64,000 nucleotides of DNA from Planctomycetota bacterium (GTDB taxonomy: Bacteria; Planctomycetota; B15-G4; JADJEK01). The notes under the pieces were generated by a model, which saw nothing but the letters and a program-made list of their open reading frames with translations, ran no database searches and was not told the origin of the DNA. A program made the translations under genes and the position numbers. Shown in pieces: positions 1-10,100 of this stretch. Position 1 is the stretch's first letter. Every line of letters starts with the position of its first letter. The DNA lies in contig JBGAIQ010000013.1 in assembly GCA_044225365.1 (NCBI GenBank), positions 80,261-144,260 on the forward strand, in the 5' to 3' direction.

Positions 1-118
1 TCGTGATGTCGACGAAGTGGAGTCGGCCCATCGCCGGCTTCTCTGGCTCTGGATGCGAGCAACCGACGAGGGACGCGAGGACGACGAAGGCGAGTCGAAC
101 GGAGCGGGAAATGGTCAG
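1..118 (-). CDS. 5' part of a lipoprotein, probably CRTAC1/ASPIC-UnbV family (runs off window edge)
   Basis: Not in ORF track. Minus-strand frame reads (L)TISRSVRLAFVVLASLVGCSHPEPEKPAMGRLHFVDIT: lipobox LVGC then an F-x-D-I-T motif typical of CRTAC1-like N-termini. An in-frame TAA just upstream forces a CTG/ATT start overlapping the TPR gene stop. Confidence 0.5.
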   Translation of the reverse strand, partial: MTISRSVRLAFVVLASLVGCSHPEPEKPAMGRLHFVDIT

Positions 119-1035
119 TCTCCTTCGGGGCGATTACCGGACATCGATGGAGCGCCGTGCTTCGCGCGGCCCTTCTTGATCTCTTCCAGCGCGGCCTTCT
201 CGAGATCGAGTTCGCCAAGTCGGTGATACACGCGCGAAAGGTTGAACCAGCAGTCTTCGCTCCACGCGACGTACTTCGTCGCGTCCTCGAGGAGGATTCG
301 CGCTTCCTTCAGGAGTGCGTCAGACTTCGAGGGATCGAGTTCGCTGCGCTGCAGCAGCAGCCCGCCGAGGCGCACCTCCGTCTTTCCGAAGTCGGTGCGG
401 TCGGATTGGCGCGGTGCTTTGCCCTGCTTCGCGAGGTTCACGAGCGCGTCCTTCGCGAGGCGATTCGAATCGCGCAGATGCTTCTCGGCTTCGTCGAGGT
501 CGCCGCGCTCGAGCGCGATCAGGCCGAGACCGTACTGCGTATCGGCTTCATCGAGGCCGAGCTTCGAAGCGGCCTGGAAGGCCGCGGCCGAGGTGTCGAG
601 GTCCCCGAGGTAGTAGCACGTCCACGCGTAGTAGATGAACGCGCCCTTCGCGTTGTCGAACACAGGCCCAGCGTCGATCACCCTCTCGAAATCTGGGCGC
701 GCGGCGGCATAGAGCTTCTGCCGGTGATTCGAGAAAGCGCGGATGTACAGCGCGCGCGGGTTGTTCGGATCCTTCGCGAGGAACTCGTCGCACACCTCGC
801 GGGCACGAGTCGAATTGCCGAGCACGAGCGCCGACATCGCTTGCTTCAGGACCGGGTCGTCGATCTTCGGCAACTCGCCCCTTTGCGCCGCAAAGCGTTC
901 GAGTGCACTCTCGATGCGGAGGACGCCCGGCGACTTCGCGACGTTCGAGTTCTTTGCGTCGCCCGGACGATCGCATGCGAGCGTCAGGCAGGCGACGAGG
1001 CACGTCGCAATCGTGGCGCGGAACGAGAGCATCAT
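115..1035 (-). CDS. Tetratricopeptide-repeat lipoprotein
   Basis: Signal/lipobox (CLVACLTLAC) after ATG at 1035; TPR-like helices (DPNNPRALYIRA, ADTQYGLGLIALERGDLDEAEKHL, CWFNLSRVYHRLGE). Confidence 0.8.
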   Translation of the reverse strand: MMLSFRATIATCLVACLTLACDRPGDAKNSNVAKSPGVLRIESALERFAAQRGELPKIDDPVLKQAMSALVLGNSTRAREVCDEFLAKDPNNPRALYIRAFSNHRQKLYAAARPDFERVIDAGPVFDNAKGAFIYYAWTCYYLGDLDTSAAAFQAASKLGLDEADTQYGLGLIALERGDLDEAEKHLRDSNRLAKDALVNLAKQGKAPRQSDRTDFGKTEVRLGGLLLQRSELDPSKSDALLKEARILLEDATKYVAWSEDCWFNLSRVYHRLGELDLEKAALEEIKKGRAKHGAPSMSGNRPEGD

Positions 1036-1087
1036 GCGCAGATCGTAGCGTGCAGGAAGTCGTCCCGGGGCGGCTGTTTTGGGGGCC

Positions 1088-1702
1088 TCAATCGAGGACG
1101 CGCGTCCACGCCGCAAGGCGCTCCGCGAGCGCGACGCGCCCGCGCTGGACTCGCTTGTACGCCGTTTCGACGTCGAGGGAGAGGTCGGTGGCGGCGTCCT
1201 TGATCGGCATCTCGCGCAGGTACACGCGCTCGAGGATCTCGCGTTGATCCTTCGGCAGCGTGGCGAGCGCGAGGCGAAGCGTCGTCGCTTCGGAGCCGCT
1301 CACGGCTTTCTCCTCCGGCGACGGAAGCGACGAAGCCACTTCCGGAGCGCCTTCGGCATCGCTGCTCGAGACTCCCGGGCGAGCGTTTCGTCGCTGCGCA
1401 TGGCGAGACAGCAAGCGGAATGCGCAGCGCAGCAGATAGGCGCGAAACGCGATCGGATTCTCGAAGCTGGTGCGGCGCGCCACCTTCACGAATCCAGCGG
1501 CCGCGTCCTGAGCGACGTCGCTCGCGCTACGCGTGGGCGTGAGCATGTGCCCGTAACGGCGGCGGATTCGCTCTTTCAGCGTCGCGATCTCCACGCGGAG
1601 CAACTCGTCGAGCAACTGCGGCTCGCCGTTCTGCTGGAAGCGCGCGAGGAGGCTCGCGACCGGGTCTTCCGCGTTCGATCGTGAATTCGAGGACGATTCC
1701 AT
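1088..1702 (-). CDS. ECF-family RNA polymerase sigma factor
   Basis: Region 2 (SASDVAQDA...FRAYLLRCA) and region 4 (LATLPKDQREILERVYLREMPIKDAATDLSLDVETAYKRVQRGRVAL); start taken at ATG 1702. Confidence 0.9.
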   Translation of the reverse strand: MESSSNSRSNAEDPVASLLARFQQNGEPQLLDELLRVEIATLKERIRRRYGHMLTPTRSASDVAQDAAAGFVKVARRTSFENPIAFRAYLLRCAFRLLSRHAQRRNARPGVSSSDAEGAPEVASSLPSPEEKAVSGSEATTLRLALATLPKDQREILERVYLREMPIKDAATDLSLDVETAYKRVQRGRVALAERLAAWTRVLD

Positions 1703-1755
1703 GGGTGCCGCAGAATCGGTGTCCAACCCGAGTGAGAGTACACCTTCTGGGAGCT

Positions 1756-1998
1756 ATGGCGAACAACCAGAAAATCGCTGACGTCCCGAGCGACGACGAT
1801 CCACTCGTCCGCTCGCTCCACGATTGGCTGGACCCCGCGAACTTCCCTGCGATCGCGTCGAAGGTCGACGCGAAGCTCGACTATCTCGACACGGCGGATC
1901 GGGCGCGCTTCACGCGGCTCGTCGCCGAGACCTTGGAACGAGTCCGCGCAAGGAAAACGAAGGATCTTGGAAGATCCGAGTCCAGCGCCGCCGAGTGA
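1756..1998 (+). CDS. Small (80 aa) protein homologous to the N-terminal module of the downstream kinases
   Basis: GGGAG RBS before ATG 1756; DDPLVRSLHDWLDP...DRARFTRLVAE aligns with DDPLARAIFDWLDP...DKERWRRLISE in both kinases. Confidence 0.8.
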   Translation: MANNQKIADVPSDDDPLVRSLHDWLDPANFPAIASKVDAKLDYLDTADRARFTRLVAETLERVRARKTKDLGRSESSAAE

Positions 1999-2079
1999 GC
2001 GCCTTTCTCTCTCCCGACCGGCGCGATTCCCGCGCTGGCCCGACACCTCGAATCCAACTCGATCAAAGAGAGAACGGTC

Positions 2080-3708
2080 ATGCGCTCCATTCGACTGAAC
2101 GCCTTCCACATCGCGTCCTGCGGCCTCCTCCTCGGTCTTCCTGCTGCCCGCGCGGAGCAGTGTTTTGCTCAGTACTTCCCAGAGCCGCTCACTTCACCGT
2201 GGGTATCGCCCGCGTCTCACTACGGATCCGCGGTTGCGGCGTCGGGGACGATGTTCGCGGTCGGCGCGCCCGACGACAACCAAGCCATGGGATCGGTCGT
2301 GATCCACGAACTCGCGAATGGGTCGTTCGGCAGTTCGACCGTGATCCAGCCGCTCTTCGGCATGCCGGGCGACCGCTTCGGCGCGGCTGTCGCGCTCGAC
2401 GGCGATCGGCTCGTCGTGGGTGCGCCGATGGATAACGCCGCGGGCGTCGGCACCGGCGCCGGTGCGATCTACGTCTACCATCGCATCGTGAATCAGGGCA
2501 CGAGCGCATGGATCCAGGACGCCAAGTTCTACGCCCCGGATGCCGCGCCGGGCGATCACTTCGGCGCCGTCGTCGCGGCCAGCGGCAACACGATCCTCAT
2601 CGGCGCCCCCGATCGCGACGGGCTCGCCGTCGATCAGGGTCGGGCCTATGCGCTCGAGTATTCGGTCAACAGCCTCGTGTGGTCCACGTTCAACCAGACT
2701 ACTCCGCAGACGAACGAGCACTACGGCAGCGCGCTCTCGATCGATGGCAATCTGCTCGCGATCGGCAGCCCGCACTACATCAAGAAGACGCCCTCGACAC
2801 CCGAGTTCGGACGCGTGACGGTGCTGAGCCGCAGCGCACCGGGATCCAATTGGCTGAAGGAATCGGAACTCGTCCCGGCAACCGGTGTGGCGGGTCTCCA
2901 CTTCGGGATCTCGGTCTCCGTGAAGTCGGGTCGAATCCTCGTCGGTGCTCCCGGGTTCGTGGACTCGTCCGGTTTGGCATCGGGAGCCGGCCTGTTGTTC
3001 GAGAAGCAGAACGGCACCTGGACCCAAGTCACCGATCTGAGTTCGTACGACGCGCTGTTCAACGGCGAGACGCTTCTCGGCACGGCCGTGGTCCTCTTGG
3101 AACACGACGTAATCATTGCGAGTCCGACCCGATTGAGCACTGGACACCAGGACATCTACGGGCAGTGGTGGGTGCCGACCGGGGTCTCCCTGCCGTTCGG
3201 CGACATGCAGGTGAACGACGGCACGACGATCAGCCCCATCATCGCGGCCTCGGGATCGTTCGCGATCGCGGGTCGCCCGGCCGCGGCGCCGGGTGAGGTC
3301 GACAAGGCCTTCGCGCTCTCGCTCTGCGCCGGCAATTGGTCGAATCACCCGTGGGCGGCCTCCAAGGGCGTTGCCGGATATCCGCAGCTTCGTGGCGCGG
3401 GTCCTCTCGACGACAACCTCGCGCTCGAACTGCGCCTCGAGAAGGCGAAACCGAACACGTTCGGCATGCTCCTCGTCCACGTTGGCATCGAGGCCGCGCT
3501 GCCCTTCCACGGCGGCACCCTCGAGGCGTTCCCTGCCAACCTCGCGCTCACGGTCCCGATCGACAATGCGGGCCGGTTCGCGGCGCCCGCGGTTCTTCCC
3601 GCGGGTCTCTCCAACGTCTCGTTCGTGATGCAGATGCTGATCCCGGACGCGACGGCGAAGGGCGGAGTTGCGCTCTCGACGGGGCTGAAGGCGACGACCG
3701 CGCCCTGA
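2080..3708 (+). CDS. Secreted FG-GAP (integrin-alpha-like) repeat protein with C-terminal extra domain
   Basis: Signal peptide ending ARA; repeats GDRFGAAVALDGDRLVVGAP, GDHFGAVVAASGNTILIGAP, HYGSALSIDGNLLAIGSP. Confidence 0.85.
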   Translation: MRSIRLNAFHIASCGLLLGLPAARAEQCFAQYFPEPLTSPWVSPASHYGSAVAASGTMFAVGAPDDNQAMGSVVIHELANGSFGSSTVIQPLFGMPGDRFGAAVALDGDRLVVGAPMDNAAGVGTGAGAIYVYHRIVNQGTSAWIQDAKFYAPDAAPGDHFGAVVAASGNTILIGAPDRDGLAVDQGRAYALEYSVNSLVWSTFNQTTPQTNEHYGSALSIDGNLLAIGSPHYIKKTPSTPEFGRVTVLSRSAPGSNWLKESELVPATGVAGLHFGISVSVKSGRILVGAPGFVDSSGLASGAGLLFEKQNGTWTQVTDLSSYDALFNGETLLGTAVVLLEHDVIIASPTRLSTGHQDIYGQWWVPTGVSLPFGDMQVNDGTTISPIIAASGSFAIAGRPAAAPGEVDKAFALSLCAGNWSNHPWAASKGVAGYPQLRGAGPLDDNLALELRLEKAKPNTFGMLLVHVGIEAALPFHGGTLEAFPANLALTVPIDNAGRFAAPAVLPAGLSNVSFVMQMLIPDATAKGGVALSTGLKATTAP

Positions 3709-3723
3709 TCGGAATTCCATCTT

Positions 3724-3757
3724 GCCCCCGCGCGGACGGCTGCGCGGGGGCTTCTTC
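3724..3757 (+). terminator. Probable intrinsic terminator
   Basis: GCCCCCGCGC / GCGCGGGGGC 10-bp stem followed by TTCTTC, just after the stop at 3708. Confidence 0.55.
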
Positions 3758-3816
3758 GCTTGCATCGGAGATCGCTACCTCGTGGGGAGGCTTCACGGCA
3801 GAATGGGAACGCCGCC

Positions 3817-6800
3817 ATGGAGAGAAACGAACCCGATCGCGATGTACCGGACGATCCGCTCGCGCGAGCGATCTTCGACTGGCTCGACCCCGAGCGATTC
3901 GGATCGATCGAGATCGAGAGAGCGCCCGACAGCCTGATCTCCGACGACAAGGAGCGTTGGCGTCGTCTCATCTCCGAATCGGGCAAGAGCACGATTCCGC
4001 CCATGCCCAAGGCCCCGCCGCCCCCCTACGAGCGAGTGGGGAACTATCGTCTGCGTGCGCCGATCGGCAGCGGCGGTTTCGGCCACGTCTATCTCGGTGA
4101 GGACGAACGCAACGGAAAGCGCGTCGCGGTGAAGTTGCTGCGTGCCGAGATCGCGATCGATCCGCGCGAGCGCGAGCGATTCCAACGCGAGGCCACCGCC
4201 GCACGGCGCGTGAACCATCCCAACTGCGTTCGCGTGCTCGAAACGGGAGAGATCGAGAACTCTCTCTACACGGTTCTCGAGATCATCGAAGGCGAAGGGC
4301 TCGACGAGCATCTGCGGCGCCTGCGCGCGATCGGCCAGAAGATGACGCAGGAGCGCGCGACCGAGATCGGCATCGAGATCTGCGACGCGCTCGCAGCCGT
4401 TCACGCCGAAGGACTCGTCCATCGCGACGTGAAGCCCGCGAACATAAGGCTCACCCGGGAGGGTCGGGCGGTCCTCGTCGACTTCGGACTCGCGACGGGC
4501 GAGGCGCTTGCGGTTCTCACGCGAACGGGCGAATTCATCGGCTCGCTCCCGTACGCACCGCCCGAGCAGATACGCGACGGAGTCCGCGAAGTCGACGCGC
4601 GCGCCGACCTCTATTCGCTGGCGGCTTCGCTCTACGAGTGCCTGACGGGGCAGACCGTCTTCACCGGCGCGTCGGCCGAGCAACTCGTGTTGTCGATCGT
4701 GCAGGACGAGCCGATCTCGCCGCAGCGACTCAATCCGCAGGTGAGCCGGGAAGCATCGCTCGTGCTCGGCAAGGCGCTCGAGAAGAATGCGGCGCGACGC
4801 TACGCAACGGCGAAGGATTTCCAGGCAGACCTCCTCGCTCTGAAGGCGAACGAGCAGGTGAGCGCGCGCCCACGCAGCCTGATGCGCGGACTCGAACTCA
4901 CGATTCGCAAGCGTCCGGTCTTCAGCGTCTCCGTCGCACTCTTCCTCGTCGTCGGGATCGGACTTCCTCTCGCCTTGTTCATCCAGCAGAAGGCGTATGC
5001 CGCACGCCTCCGCGGCGAGCGCGACCGAGCGGACTCGCAGCGTCTCGCCGCGCTCTCGCAGATCGAGATCGATGTCGATCCCGCACGCGCGGGACTCCTG
5101 GCGCTCGCGTCGATCGACCGTTCGCCTTCGTTCGAGGGCCGCAACGCGCTCCTTCGCGCGCTGTCGCAGATGAACGAGAAGAAGACGATTCATGGCCCGT
5201 GGCAGCGATTGAACTACGCACTCGCAGTGGGAGACGGCACTGCCGCGGTTGCACTCGAACGCAACGGGGATCTCTACTCGATCGATCTGAAGAGCGGCGC
5301 GGTGGTGCGTCGCGCCGGGCCCTTCGATCCCAACTGCATGCTCGCGACGACATCGAACGAAGCGCTCGTCGGCACGCCGACGGGCGTCGTCGAGCGATTC
5401 GCGCTCGACGACTTCCGCAAGCTCGAGCCGTGGACGGTGGGGAAGGCGCCGATCCTCGCGATCGCGGCGACGCACGACGGGCATCGTGCGGTCGTCGCTT
5501 GCGGTCGCGCGATCGTGTTCATCGAAGACGGCGTCCAGAAGACCACGCTCTCGCCGCACGCCAAGCGAATCGGCGACGTCGCGATCTCGCAGAACGGCGA
5601 CAAGGGATTCAGCGTCGGAGCCGATGGAAAGCTGTTCGAATTCGATACGGCGAGCGGCAAGTTCGAGGAACGACTCTCCTTCGGTGAGACCGAACCTCCT
5701 CGCCTTTGCCTCTCGCGCGATGATTCTCTGCTCGCTTGCGGAACCGATACCGACGTCGCGCTCTACGACGTGGCAAAGCATTCGTTGCGGCAGCGAATCG
5801 GCGGCCACTACGGACAGAGCACCGTTCTCACGTTTTCGCCGAAGGCGGACTACCTCGTCGCTTCCACGTCGCGCGAACTTCCCGCGCTGTATCGCGTTTC
5901 GGACGGCGAACGCATGATCGCGTATCGCGGCCACACCGATCGAGTGAAGAGCATCTCGTTCCTGGGCGATTCGCTGCGCATCCTGACCTGCGGTAGCGAG
6001 CTCGATTCCACCCTTCGCATCTACTCGCCGCGTTCCGTACTCGACGACGACGTCGTGCTGAATCTCGGCGGCGACGTCTTCTACCTCGAACCGGCAAGGG
6101 ACTTCTCCGCCTTCATCGCTGGGGAGTATCAAGGGACGAAGGTGAAGCGAGTCGAACTCGACTCGGACCAGTTGGTCTGGGAATTCGGTGCAGGCGATCC
6201 CACGCTCGACCGGGTCCGCTCGATGCGACACGGCGATGTCTTCATCGTGGTGCGCAACTCCGGCGCGCTCGAGTTCCGACGGATCGCGGACGGGGCCATC
6301 GTCGAAACGGTGCAGGGCGTCGCCACGAACATCGAGCCGCACTTCGACGAACGGCGCAATCGTCTCCTCGCGAGCATCGACGACAACCTCGTCGCGCTCG
6401 ACGCGAAGTCTGGCGCAGTCCTCCGTAAGGCCGCGATGGCGGACGGTGCGAAGGAAAGGATCCACGGCTTCTCGATCGACGCCGATGTCCTCCTCGGCGC
6501 CACCGATAGCGGGCGAATCGTCCGGATCGACCCCGAGACGCTCACGATGGCTGCGATTGCGCAACTCGAGTCGGGCCTTCGCGTGCTCGGAATGGAGATC
6601 GATGCCCAGCACGACCGCTTCGTCGCGCAGGTCGTGAACATGAACACGTTCGCGTTGCGTCTCGAGTGGTTCGCGATCCACTCCAGCGAATCGCTCGGGC
6701 GCACGCCCACTGTCACTTCGCACATCTGGCACACTCACGGATTCGCTGCGGAGGGCAATGAATACGTCTACTCGATCGGCGGATCGCTACACCTGCTCTC

Positions 6801-7146
6801 GCTGATCGACGGCAGTGAGCGAACGATTGCGAATCCCGATACGGTCAACACTGCGGGGGTATCGGGAGACGATCGCCTCGTCGCCATCGGCACGACGTCG
6901 GGATCGATCCGAGTCGTCGATCACGCCACGCTGAAGGCGATCGTCGACCTCCCGGCGCACGTTGCGAACGTGAACAAGCTCGTCTTCCACGGCGACGATC
7001 ACATGCTCTACTCCGCGTCGAGCGATGGAACGGTTCGACGCTGGCGAATCGATCGCCTGGTCGAGAACGCCCGCGGAGTGTTCCCGAGGGAGCTGTCGCG
7101 AGAAGAACGCGAGCACTTCGAGATCGAGGATCACGAGGGCGAATGA
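3817..7146 (+). CDS. Hanks-type Ser/Thr protein kinase with TM helix and WD40 beta-propeller (paralogue 1)
   Basis: GSGGFG, VAVK, HRDVKPAN, DFGLA, GSLPYAPPE; hydrophobic segment PVFSVSVALFLVVGIGLPLALFI; WD40 repeats (GHTDRVKSISF, SASSDGTVRRW). Confidence 0.92.
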   Translation: MERNEPDRDVPDDPLARAIFDWLDPERFGSIEIERAPDSLISDDKERWRRLISESGKSTIPPMPKAPPPPYERVGNYRLRAPIGSGGFGHVYLGEDERNGKRVAVKLLRAEIAIDPRERERFQREATAARRVNHPNCVRVLETGEIENSLYTVLEIIEGEGLDEHLRRLRAIGQKMTQERATEIGIEICDALAAVHAEGLVHRDVKPANIRLTREGRAVLVDFGLATGEALAVLTRTGEFIGSLPYAPPEQIRDGVREVDARADLYSLAASLYECLTGQTVFTGASAEQLVLSIVQDEPISPQRLNPQVSREASLVLGKALEKNAARRYATAKDFQADLLALKANEQVSARPRSLMRGLELTIRKRPVFSVSVALFLVVGIGLPLALFIQQKAYAARLRGERDRADSQRLAALSQIEIDVDPARAGLLALASIDRSPSFEGRNALLRALSQMNEKKTIHGPWQRLNYALAVGDGTAAVALERNGDLYSIDLKSGAVVRRAGPFDPNCMLATTSNEALVGTPTGVVERFALDDFRKLEPWTVGKAPILAIAATHDGHRAVVACGRAIVFIEDGVQKTTLSPHAKRIGDVAISQNGDKGFSVGADGKLFEFDTASGKFEERLSFGETEPPRLCLSRDDSLLACGTDTDVALYDVAKHSLRQRIGGHYGQSTVLTFSPKADYLVASTSRELPALYRVSDGERMIAYRGHTDRVKSISFLGDSLRILTCGSELDSTLRIYSPRSVLDDDVVLNLGGDVFYLEPARDFSAFIAGEYQGTKVKRVELDSDQLVWEFGAGDPTLDRVRSMRHGDVFIVVRNSGALEFRRIADGAIVETVQGVATNIEPHFDERRNRLLASIDDNLVALDAKSGAVLRKAAMADGAKERIHGFSIDADVLLGATDSGRIVRIDPETLTMAAIAQLESGLRVLGMEIDAQHDRFVAQVVNMNTFALRLEWFAIHSSESLGRTPTVTSHIWHTHGFAAEGNEYVYSIGGSLHLLSLIDGSERTIANPDTVNTAGVSGDDRLVAIGTTSGSIRVVDHATLKAIVDLPAHVANVNKLVFHGDDHMLYSASSDGTVRRWRIDRLVENARGVFPRELSREEREHFEIEDHEGE

Positions 7147-7165
7147 ACACGGCCAGGACGGACTC

Positions 7166-10100
7166 GTGACGCGAAACGAAGACCCGACTCCGGACGATCC
7201 GCTCGCACGCGCGATCTTCGACTGGCTCGATCCGGAGCGATTCGGCTCGGGAGAGGTCGAGAAGGCACCCGAGTCGCTCGCCTCCGACGACAAGGAGCGG
7301 TGGCGTCGCCTGATCTCGGAGTCGGGGAAGAGCACGCTGCCGCCGCTTCCGAAGGCGAGTCCGCCCCCCTACGACCGTGTCGGTCCGTATCGACTGCTCG
7401 CGCCGATCGGGAGCGGAGGTTTTGGGCACGTCTATCTCGGCGAGGCCGAGGATGGGACGCGGGTCGCGGTGAAGTTGCTGCGGGCCGAGATCGCTCGCGA
7501 TCCACGCGAGCGCGAGCGATTCCAACGCGAGGCGACGGCGGCGCGTCGCGTCGCCCATCCAAACTGCGTCCGCGTTCTCGAGACGGGTGAAATCGAGGAC
7601 GCAAAGTACATCGTGTTCCAGGTGATCGAAGGCGAGAACCTCGACGAGTACCTGCGGCGCCTTCGCGCCGTCGGACAGAGGATGACGGAGGAACGAGCAC
7701 TCGAGATCGGCATCGAGATCTGTGATGCGCTCGCCGCGGTGCACGCCGAAGGCCTCGTCCATCGCGACGTGAAACCGGGGAACATCCGCCTCACGAAGCA
7801 AGGACACGCGGTGCTCGTCGACTTCGGGCTCGCCACGGGTGAATCCCTCGCCGTGCTCACGCGGACGGGCGAGTTCATCGGCTCGTTGCCGTACGCACCG
7901 CCCGAGCAGATTCGCGATGGCGTCCGCGAGGTGGGGCCGCGGGCCGACATCTACTCGCTCGCCGCGACGCTCTACGAATGCCTCACCGGCCAGACCGTCT
8001 TCACGGGCGCTTCCGCCGAACAGCTCGTGCTCTCGATCGTCCAGGACGAACCGATCTCACCGCAGCGCTTGAACCCGGCCGTCTCACGCGAAACGGCGAT
8101 CGTCTTGTCGAAGGCGCTCGAGAAGAGCGCGGCGCGTCGGTACGCAGTCGCAGGTGATTTCAAAGCAGACCTGGTCGCGTTGCGATCCGGCGCCCCGATC
8201 GTCGCTCGTCCGCGCAGCATCGTCCGCACGCTCGAACTGTCGATTCGCAAGCGACCGGTCTTCAGCCTCTGCGTCGCGCTGTTCGCCGTCGTGTGCGTCG
8301 GCTTGCCGCTCGCGCTGCTCGTTCAACAGCGGTCCTACAACGCGAAGCTGCGCGAGGAGCGCGACATCGCGAATGCGCAGCGACTCGCCGCGCTCTCCCG
8401 GATCGAGGCTAGCGTCGACCCCGCGCGCTCCACCTTGCTCGCGCTCGAATCGATCGATCGCGCGCCGACGATGGAGGGGCGCACGGCGTTGTTCGAGGGC
8501 TTGTCGTGGCTCACCGAGGAGAAGACGTACTACGGCGACTGGGATCGTCTCGCGGGTGCGTGCGCGTTCGACGGGGACACCCGATTCGTGGCGCTCAATC
8601 GAAAAGGGGAACTGTTCGACATCGATCGCGCATCGGGCCGCGCGACCATCGTGGCAAGCGGGTTTCCGCCCTTCTCCGTACTCAGCGGTACGCCGAACGC
8701 AGTGCGGATCGGACTCCCGAACGGGACGATCCAGAGGTACTCGTTGCCCGATCTCGCGAAGCAGGAGACGGTCGAGGTCGGTGCGTCGCCGGTGACGGCG
8801 ATCGTCGCGATGCCGAGCTGCGAACGCGTTCTCGCGTTGTGTGGTCGCGAACTCGTCGTGATCGAGAACGGTGCAGTCGTGAGTCGCTTCAAGCCTCACA
8901 AGGGGCCGGTCGGTGGAATCGCGATCGCGAACGACGGCCGCACGCTCTACAGCGCGGGCGACGACGGAGCGATTCGCGCCATCGACGTCGAAACGCAGGC
9001 AATCCGCGATCTCGCGACGATCGAGAGCAGCATGCCGCCCAAGCTTGCGCTTTCTCCCGACGGCAGCCGTCTCGCGTGCGAGACGGAGACCGACGTGCTC
9101 GTGCTCGATCCGCACACGGGATCGGCGCTCTTCCGCTGCGACGAGGATCATCGCCAGCTCAGCGTCCTCGCGTTCTCGCGCGATTCGGAACGCCTGCTCG
9201 CGGCGGAAGTGGTGGGTGTCGTCAACGTCATGCGCACGAGCGACGGCGCTCGCGTCGCCACGCATCGCGGTCATACGAATCCGGTGAAGAGCGCGGCCTT
9301 CCTCTCCGACTCCCACGACGTGTTCACTTGCGGCAGCGAGACCGATTCGACTTTGCGCATCTTCGCCGAACGGACCGTGGTCGAGGACATGACGATCGGA
9401 CGGAGCGGAAAGGACGCCGTTCGCGTCGACGAACTTCCGAACGGAGCGGCTCTCCTCGTACCGAGCGAGTCGGACCGCAGGCTCGATCGCATCGCAATCG
9501 ACGGATCGGGAATCGACTGGAAACTCGAGTTCGCGGCGGATTCGACGATCGACGCCATCGCGCTCCGCGAAGGGTGCGAGATCTTCCTCCTGACCCACGA
9601 TTCCGGAGACTTCGATTCGAGGAGCGCGATCGACGGCCACCTCGTTCGGTCGCTACCCAAGATTCCGAAGCTTCTGAAGCCCAGCTTCGATGCGACGGGC
9701 CGCGGGATCGTCACCATCGTCGACGGGGCGATCACGATCCTCGATTCGATCGACGGCTCCGTTCTCGCTCGCGATCGCCTCGAGTCGGCGTCTCCCGGAT
9801 GCCGCGTGTTCGCCGCCGCAGCGGGCACGATCCTCGCCGGGACCGAGGACGGGCGAATCCTCCTCCTCGATCCAAAGACGCTCGAGATCGCCCACTCCAT
9901 CGCGCTCGGTCAAAAGGCAGTGTGCGCCGCGTTCTACGTCGATCCGAAGCAGGACCGGTTTGCTGCGCGAATCCTCAGCACGACCGGCGTCGGTGTGCGC
10001 TACGAGTGGTACTCGTCGAAGGACGGATCACTCCTCGGTCGCGTTCCCGAAGTGACGAGTCATTACACGACGCCGTTCGGGCTCGCCCGCCAGGGCTCGC

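Noticed and set aside
7025-7165. Overlap or frameshift fusion between the two kinases
   Set aside because: Kinase 1 has its own stop at 7146, and kinase 2 has a GTG with RBS at 7166 matching the paralogue's start.
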